The notes below the pieces were generated by a model. The model was not told the origin of the DNA and did no database searches. It was given only the letters and a program-made list of their open reading frames with translations. Positions 58,429 to 64,000 of a stretch of DNA of 64,000 bases are shown piece by piece. This DNA comes from Candidatus Eiseniibacteriota bacterium. Its GTDB lineage: Bacteria > Eisenbacteria > RBG-16-71-46. Within the stretch, counting starts at the first letter, position 1; every line of letters begins with the position of its first letter. The position numbers and the translations under genes are program-made. The DNA lies in the NCBI GenBank assembly GCA_044223005.1, contig JBGAML010000002.1, positions 266,457 through 330,456 on the forward strand, written 5' to 3'.

Positions 58429-59973
58429 GTGAGCGACGTGCTGCTCGAGGTGCGCGGGCTGACGCGCGATTTCCCCGGCGTGCGCGCGCTGGAGGACGTG
58501 TCGTTCGACGTGCGCCGCGGCGAGATCCACGCGCTGGTGGGCGAGAACGGCGCGGGCAAGTCGACGCTCCTCAAGATCCTGGGCGGCATCGATCCCATGG
58601 GCGGCTGGAGCGGCGCGTTCGCGCTGGACGGCCGCCCGCAGCACTACCGTTCCGTGCGCGACGCGGAGGCCGCGGGCATCGCGGTGATCCACCAGGAGCT
58701 GGCGCTGGTGCGCACGCTCTCGGTGGCGGAGAACCTCTTCCTGGGCGCCGAGCGGCTCGCGGCGCCGGGCGTCGTGGACTGGCCGCGCACGACCCGCGAC
58801 GCGGAGGCCGCGCTCGCGCGCGTCGGGCTGCGCGTGAGCCCGGCGACGCGCGTGAGCGAGCTGGGCATGGGCGAGCAGCAGTTGGTCGAGATCGCGCGCG
58901 CGCTGACGCGCGACGCGCGGCTGCTGGTCCTGGACGAGCCGAGCGCGTCGCTCGCCGAGGCCGAGACCGACCGCCTGCTCGAGATCCTGAACGGCCTGCG
59001 CGCCCGCGGCGTGAGCGCGATCTACGTCTCGCACCGCCTGGGCGAAGTGCGGCGCATCGCCGACCGCGTCACCGTGCTGCGGGATGGTCGCGTCGTCGAG
59101 ACCGACGACGTCGGGCGCATGAGCGAGCAGCGCATGGTGCGCAGCATGGTCGGGCGCGAGCTGGGCGAGCTCTACCCGCACCGCGTGCGCGAGCCCGGCG
59201 AGGCGCTGCTCGCGGTCGAGGGCTGGACGGTCGCCGATCCGGCCGACGGCCGCACGCGCGTGCGCGACGTGTCGTTCGAGGTGCGCCGCGGCGAGATCCT
59301 CGGAATCGCCGGGCTCGTGGGCGCGGGCCGCACCGAACTGGTGACGAGCCTGTTCGGCGCGTGGGGCCGGCCGGTGGCGGGCCGCATGCGGATCGGCGGG
59401 CGCGAGGTGCGCGTGCGCGATCCGCACGAGGCGATCGCGCTCGGGCTGGGGCTCGTGACCGAGGACCGCAAGCGCGGCGGCATCGTGCCCGAGCTGGACG
59501 TCGTGCGGAACACGACGCTCGCGAGCCTCGCGCGCGTTTCGCGCGCGGGCGTGATCGACCACGCGGCCGAGGCGCGCACCGCCGCCCGCAGTGCCGCCGA
59601 GCTGCACGTGCGCGCTTCGGCGCTCGACCGGCGCGTGCGCGAGCTCTCGGGCGGCAACCAGCAGAAGGTACTGATCGCGCGGGCGCTGCTCGCCGAGCCG
59701 CGCGTGCTGTTCCTGGACGAGCCCACGCGCGGGATCGACGTCGGGGCGCGGGCCGAGATCTACGAGATACTCGAATCGCTCGCCGACCGCGGCGTGGGGG
59801 TGGTGATCGTCTCGAGCGACCTGCCCGAGGTGCTCGGCATGAGCGATCGCGTGCTCGTGATGTGCGAAGGCCGCGCGACCGCCATGCTGGCGCGAGCCGA
59901 GGCGACCGAGGAGCGGGTGATGGGCTTCGCGACCGGGGCGATCGCGGTGGCGGCCAGCGGGAGGCGATCGTGA
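58429..59973 (+). CDS. xylG: Xylose/sugar ABC transporter ATP-binding protein (two NBDs)
   Basis: There are duplicated Walker A motifs (GENGAGKST; GLVGAGRT) and a signature LSGGNQQKV. It lies immediately downstream of xylF. Confidence 0.85.
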   Translation: MSDVLLEVRGLTRDFPGVRALEDVSFDVRRGEIHALVGENGAGKSTLLKILGGIDPMGGWSGAFALDGRPQHYRSVRDAEAAGIAVIHQELALVRTLSVAENLFLGAERLAAPGVVDWPRTTRDAEAALARVGLRVSPATRVSELGMGEQQLVEIARALTRDARLLVLDEPSASLAEAETDRLLEILNGLRARGVSAIYVSHRLGEVRRIADRVTVLRDGRVVETDDVGRMSEQRMVRSMVGRELGELYPHRVREPGEALLAVEGWTVADPADGRTRVRDVSFEVRRGEILGIAGLVGAGRTELVTSLFGAWGRPVAGRMRIGGREVRVRDPHEAIALGLGLVTEDRKRGGIVPELDVVRNTTLASLARVSRAGVIDHAAEARTAARSAAELHVRASALDRRVRELSGGNQQKVLIARALLAEPRVLFLDEPTRGIDVGARAEIYEILESLADRGVGVVIVSSDLPEVLGMSDRVLVMCEGRATAMLARAEATEERVMGFATGAIAVAASGRRS

Positions 59974-61166
59974 CGGCGCGAGGCGGCTTCGCAGCGGGAT
60001 TCCGCGCCAACGCGCGGCAGTACGTGATGCTCGTGGCGCTGGCCACGATCTGGATCGTGTTCGCGTTCCTCACTGACGGTACGTTCCTCACCGCGCGCAA
60101 CGTGTCGAACCTCGTGGTGCAGACGGTGACGACCGCGATCCTCGCGATGGGCATCGTGCTCGTGATCGTGGCGGGACACATCGACCTCTCGGTCGGCTCG
60201 GTGCTCGGCTTCACGGGTGCGGTGTGCGCGACGCTCATGATCTCGCACGGCTGGGGCGTCGTGCCCTCGATCCTGGCGACACTCGCCGTGGGGCTCGCGA
60301 TCGGTGCGTGGCACGGCTTCTGGATCGCCTACCGGCGCGTGCCCGCGTTCATCGTGACGCTGGCGTCCATGCTCGCGTTTCGCGGGTTGATCATCGGGAT
60401 CACGGGCGGCCAGACTCAGGGGCTCGAGATGGCGCGCGAATCCGTGGCCGCGAGCTTCCAGCGGATCGGCCAGGGTAACCTGCCCACGTGGCGGCCCGCC
60501 GTCGAGGGCCAGTTGCACGACACGACGCTCGCCGCCTCGCTGCTGGTGCTCGCGATCGTGGTGGCGATGCGGCTGCGCGCCCGCGCCGCGCGGCGGCGCG
60601 ACGGCCTGCCGCCGGTGCCGGTGTGGATCGAGGCGGCCCGGCTCGCGCTGCTGGTCACGGCGGTCGCGGGCTTCGGCGGCGTCATGACGTTCTACCAGGG
60701 CCTGCCGTGGTCGGTCGTGCTGCTGCTCGCGCTCGCCGCGGTCTTCAGTTTCGTGGCCAACGACACCACGTTCGGCCGCCGGCTCTACGCGATCGGGGGC
60801 AACGCCGAGGCCGCGCGGCTCGCCGGGATCGACGTCCCGCGGACGACGCTGGGCCTCTTCGTCACCATGGGCGTGATGAGCGCGCTGGCGGGCATCGTGA
60901 CCACGTCGCGGCTGAATGCGGCGACCACGTCGGCAGGCCAGAACGCCGAACTCGACGCGATCGCAGCCGCGGTGATCGGCGGCGCGTCGCTGATGGGCGG
61001 CGAGGGCACGGTGGTGGGCGCGCTCGTCGGCGCGCTGGTGATGGCGTCGCTCGACAACGGCATGAGCCTGCTGAACCTCGACATCACGTGGCAGTACGTG
61101 ATCAAGGGACTGATCCTGCTCTTCGCCGTGTGGGCCGACGTGGCGCAGCGCAAGACCGCGCGCTGA
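59970..61166 (+). CDS. xylH: Xylose ABC transporter permease
   Basis: The GTGA overlap with the xylG stop follows GGGAGG. It has ~10 TM helices. The branched-chain/sugar permease EAA-like loop is ...YAIGGNAEAARLAGI. Confidence 0.8.
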   Translation: MTARGGFAAGFRANARQYVMLVALATIWIVFAFLTDGTFLTARNVSNLVVQTVTTAILAMGIVLVIVAGHIDLSVGSVLGFTGAVCATLMISHGWGVVPSILATLAVGLAIGAWHGFWIAYRRVPAFIVTLASMLAFRGLIIGITGGQTQGLEMARESVAASFQRIGQGNLPTWRPAVEGQLHDTTLAASLLVLAIVVAMRLRARAARRRDGLPPVPVWIEAARLALLVTAVAGFGGVMTFYQGLPWSVVLLLALAAVFSFVANDTTFGRRLYAIGGNAEAARLAGIDVPRTTLGLFVTMGVMSALAGIVTTSRLNAATTSAGQNAELDAIAAAVIGGASLMGGEGTVVGALVGALVMASLDNGMSLLNLDITWQYVIKGLILLFAVWADVAQRKTAR

Positions 61167-61187
61167 GATCGTCCGGGCGCATCCGCC

Positions 61188-61592
61188 TCAGCGGCGGAAG
61201 CGCCCGTGGCCGTGACCGAAGCGGAAGCCGAGGTCCACGAACACGCCCGGCCGCCAGGGCCCCCAGTAGGGCGCGTAGTACCACGCCGGGTAGGGGCCGA
61301 CGTACGACACGTACGGGTGCGGGCCCCACTCGGGGTCGAAGGCGGGGGCGAGGTCGCGGCCCTCGGTCTGCAGCATCGCCGAGATCACCGCGTCCGAGAC
61401 GCCGGCATCCTGCAGGTCACGGATGTCGCCGCCGTCCAGGTGGAACGTCGCGCCGCTGTACCGGATCTTCTGGACGATCAGCGAGTCGGCGATGCCGGAG
61501 CGGTGCATGAACACGACGTCCTTCGTGTTCATCGCCCAGGCGGCCGTGGCCGCCAGCATCGCGGCCAGGGTGAAGAGGACGAGGCGCCTCAT
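61188..61592 (-). CDS. Small secreted protein of unknown function (Tyr/Trp/Pro-rich C-terminus)
   Basis: It has an excellent RBS (GGAAGGAAGGAGG). The signal peptide is MRRLVLFTLAAMLAATAAWA. The C-terminus is ...YVGPYPAWYYAPYWGPWRPG. Confidence 0.55.
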   Translation of the reverse strand: MRRLVLFTLAAMLAATAAWAMNTKDVVFMHRSGIADSLIVQKIRYSGATFHLDGGDIRDLQDAGVSDAVISAMLQTEGRDLAPAFDPEWGPHPYVSYVGPYPAWYYAPYWGPWRPGVFVDLGFRFGHGHGRFRR

Positions 61593-61882
61593 GGCGAGCC
61601 TCCTTCCTTCCCGGCACGTGGGCCGGGATCGTCGCGGGTGTGGATCGCGCGGCCTTCACCCGTAGAGACGTACGAGCGCGCGGAAGGTTGTGGTGCCGGC
61701 GTCAGGAATGGCGTGCTGCCCCGGCCTCACGGAACCTTGTCGCGATCGTGTGCGTCCAACCGTCGGGAGGAGGGCACGCGGCGTCGCGACGTTCGCGCCG
61801 GCCCCCTGCACGCCGCGGTCCACGGCCTCCCGCGTGGCGCACGCGCGCCGCGCGATCGTCGGATCCAACCCGGAGCCGTGCC

Positions 61883-62647
61883 ATGCGCGCATTCGCAGGG
61901 GGTGCGTGGATCGTGTTCGCGGTGGGCCTCGCGGCCGCGCCGCGACTGGTGCACGCGGACGTCACGATCGTCGGGCGCTACACGTTCGTGAGCGGCGATA
62001 CGACCACGCGCGCGAGCTACTTCAGCTCGCGCCGCATCCGCGTCTCGACGCCCGACGGGCGCGAAGTCGTGTTCGATTCGAAGACGCAGCAGTTGACGCT
62101 GGTCGACCCGGCCCGTCACGTGTACTGGACGGGGCCGCTCGCGCGTGCCGACAGCGTCGTGGACGTGATCGACGGCTCGCGCTGGGCGGCGATGCTTCGA
62201 CACGCCGGCGGCGAGGTGAAGGACGAGTGGGCGCGCGACATGCAGTTCCCCGCCGACTCGGTGTTCGTCTCGAACCCGTTCGGCACCCGCACCATCGCGG
62301 GCTATCCGTGCAATCGCTGGACGATTCGCGCGGGTGGCCTCCTGAGCGGCGAGTACTGGGTCGCGTACGCGCTCGACACCGACGACTTCGAGCAGTCCAT
62401 GCAGGACGTGATGCTCGCCGCGTTCCGGGACCCGGTGGCCCGTGGCCTGATGAGCATGTACTGGGATTCGCGCGCGACCGACGGCCTGCCGCTCGCGTCC
62501 ACGGTGACGTTCACGTCGCCCACGCAACGCGGCACGTTCCACTGGGAGGCGCTGTCGGTGAGCGACGCGCGCATCCCGGAGAGCGCGTGGTCACCGCCGC
62601 CGGGCTGCGTCCCGGTGCAGCTCTCGGCCGAGGTCGCGGGTGAGTGA
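61883..62647 (+). CDS. Hypothetical secreted protein
   Basis: CCGGAG lies 7 nt before the ATG. The signal peptide is MRAFAGGAWIVFAVGLAAAPRLVHA. I recognised no motifs. Confidence 0.5.
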   Translation: MRAFAGGAWIVFAVGLAAAPRLVHADVTIVGRYTFVSGDTTTRASYFSSRRIRVSTPDGREVVFDSKTQQLTLVDPARHVYWTGPLARADSVVDVIDGSRWAAMLRHAGGEVKDEWARDMQFPADSVFVSNPFGTRTIAGYPCNRWTIRAGGLLSGEYWVAYALDTDDFEQSMQDVMLAAFRDPVARGLMSMYWDSRATDGLPLASTVTFTSPTQRGTFHWEALSVSDARIPESAWSPPPGCVPVQLSAEVAGE

Positions 62648-62705
62648 GCACGACGCCCCGGTGCCGATGCGGCACCGGGGCGTCGTCGTCCGGCGGGTCG
62701 TCCGA

Positions 62706-63179
62706 TCAGGCCTCGTGCGCCTCGACGAACCAGAGGTCCTTGTCGACTTCGCGCGAGATCTCGGTGGCGAGATCGGCGCTGTCGGCGTCGCCGGCTTCGG
62801 CGAACTCGTCGATCGCGGTGCGCACGTATTCGCCGAAGGTCGCGAGTGCGGCAGCGACGAGCGCGACGTGCTCGTGGTCGGCGACCACGTCCGTCGGGTA
62901 GGGCTCGAGCCGCGTGGCCTTCGCCGCGGCCTGCAGCGTGCCCGTCGGCTGGCCGCCCAGCGCGGCGACGCGCTCGGCGATCGTGTCGGTCCATTCGCCG
63001 CCGTGCTCGTAGACGTCGTCGAAGAGCTTGTGCAGCGCGATGAAGTTGGGGCCGCGCAGCGCCCAGTGGGCCTGCTTGGCCTGCATCGTGAGATCGGCGG
63101 CGTCGGCGAGCAGCTGGTTCAGCGAGGCGCAGACCTTCTTGCGCGCCTTCTCGGGCAGGGTGTTGCGGGTCTTGTTCAT
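62706..63179 (-). CDS. dps: Dps (DNA-binding ferritin-like starvation protein)
   Basis: The ferroxidase-site context HW.LRGPNF..LH..FD...E....D..AER...LGG.P and the Dps four-helix length (157 aa) are present. Confidence 0.8.
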   Translation of the reverse strand: MNKTRNTLPEKARKKVCASLNQLLADAADLTMQAKQAHWALRGPNFIALHKLFDDVYEHGGEWTDTIAERVAALGGQPTGTLQAAAKATRLEPYPTDVVADHEHVALVAAALATFGEYVRTAIDEFAEAGDADSADLATEISREVDKDLWFVEAHEA

Positions 63180-63307
63180 GTCGTGAGCCTTTCGCGTCGT
63201 GCGTGCCGCACGGGCAGGCCGCCCGCGCGGGATGTCGCGGCCGCGAAGACCGTAGACCCGGCGGCGCCGGGGCTCAACCGCGCCACACGTGCCCCGCGCT
63301 TGACCGG

Positions 63308-64000
63308 GTGCGCGGGCTCGCGCACCCTCGCCCGACTCGATTTCCGCGCTGGGCCGCCCCCGCGAATCGCGCGCGGGCCGGCGTCCCCGCGCCCGGCCGG
63401 GAGGGCGGTTCCATCCACCGCGAGTACGTCACCTCGGGCTTCCTCGCGCTGCGCACCCCGATGCTCCCGTTCTCGACGCTCGAGACGTGGGCGGCGGGAC
63501 TCACGTGCGCGCGCGATCCGGACGACGCGGCGTGCTGGCGGCGCGATCGCGAGGCGGCCCGCGCGGTGCTGCGCGCGCACCTCGCCGAGCCGCTGGTGCA
63601 CGAGGCGATCGCGCTCGCGTCGCCGGCGCTGCTCGAGCGGTTGCCGGCCTGGCTCGCCGATCCCGATGCGGAGCCCGGTGTGGAAGCGGGCCTGGTGAAG
63701 TACGTCTCGCGCATGGCGGCGCGAGCGACGCCCTTCGGCACGTTCGCGGGCACCTCGCTCGCGCGCATCGGCGGCGCGCCGCGGCTCGAGCTGCCCTCGC
63801 GCCGCACCGCGGTGCGCCATTCGCGCCTGGACATGGACGCGCTGAGCGAGGTGGTGGCGGTGCTCGAGCGTGATCCCGCGATCCGCGCGGGCGCGACCTA
63901 CTCGCCCAACACGAGCCTCTACCGGATCGGCGACACGCTGCGCTACGCCGAGGCCCGACGGCGCGACGGCGTGCGGACCTACTTCCTCGTGAGCGTCGAG
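63308..64000 (+). CDS. Lanthipeptide/thiopeptide-type dehydratase (LanB family, Lant_dehydr_N), truncated at the window end
   Basis: FLALRTPMLPF, IALASPALLERL and VKYVSRMAARATPFGTFAGTSLA match the LanB N-terminal signatures (f.lRtPllP; AlylASpsL; Y..Rm..R.TPFGlFAg). The start is uncertain. GTG 63308 is the first canonical in-frame start, but rare codons upstream suggest the true start lies nearer 63400. A strong GGGAGGG at 63399-63405 is followed 7 nt later only by an in-frame ATC. The next in-frame ATG (63455) would cut the conserved motif. Confidence 0.55.
   Translation, partial: MRGLAHPRPTRFPRWAAPANRARAGVPAPGREGGSIHREYVTSGFLALRTPMLPFSTLETWAAGLTCARDPDDAACWRRDREAARAVLRAHLAEPLVHEAIALASPALLERLPAWLADPDAEPGVEAGLVKYVSRMAARATPFGTFAGTSLARIGGAPRLELPSRRTAVRHSRLDMDALSEVVAVLERDPAIRAGATYSPNTSLYRIGDTLRYAEARRRDGVRTYFLVSVE

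Noticed and set aside
63413-63415. In-frame ATC as the start codon of the LanB-like gene
   Set aside because: It is ideally placed 7 nt after a GGGAGGG SD, but ATC initiation is very rare. I report GTG 63308 as the feature start and flag the ambiguity instead of asserting a non-canonical start.

Overview
This is a very high-GC (~70%) bacterial chromosomal segment. Long spurious antisense ORFs are everywhere, so I made each call by recognisable protein motifs, signal peptides, Shine-Dalgarno placement and operon geometry, not by ORF length. Its most striking property is the density of secreted proteins that carry the same ~80-aa C-terminal FlgD-Ig/Por_Secre_tail-type (T9SS-like) sorting domain (PNP...VYD.AGR.V..L......G.H...WDG.D..G...A.GLYF.RL): I count 11 such cargo genes. 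Together with the GC content this suggests a Gemmatimonadota/FCB-group organism, but that is inference only. Housekeeping and metabolic content is: a sulfide:quinone oxidoreductase (SQR), small-ORF, c-haem DUF3365 operon lying divergent from cydAB; a FIST sensor plus hybrid histidine kinase; MgtC; a family-B DNA polymerase; TrmO; an M20 amidohydrolase; xylFGH; and Dps. Two ECF-sigma/Ser-Thr-kinase modules are present, and a TPR-CHAT protein sits next to one of them. Two loci stand out as candidate novel systems. (1) 23795..28719 is a five-gene, translationally coupled array of four paralogous ~364-aa secreted proteins with conserved N- and C-terminal modules flanking a hypervariable ~85-aa core, followed by a small CTD-bearing secreted protein; all junctions are ATGGTGA/GTGGTGA/ATGA overlaps. 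(2) ~33.4-35.9 kb is a sharply lower-GC (~48-58%) horizontally acquired islet that encodes a NACHT/STAND P-loop NTPase (Walker A GTGKSS, Walker B LVLDGLDE) plus a small Arg-rich ORF, a defence-system-like architecture. The window ends inside a LanB-type lanthipeptide/thiopeptide dehydratase, so a RiPP gene cluster probably begins here. I found no rRNA, tRNA or CRISPR array.
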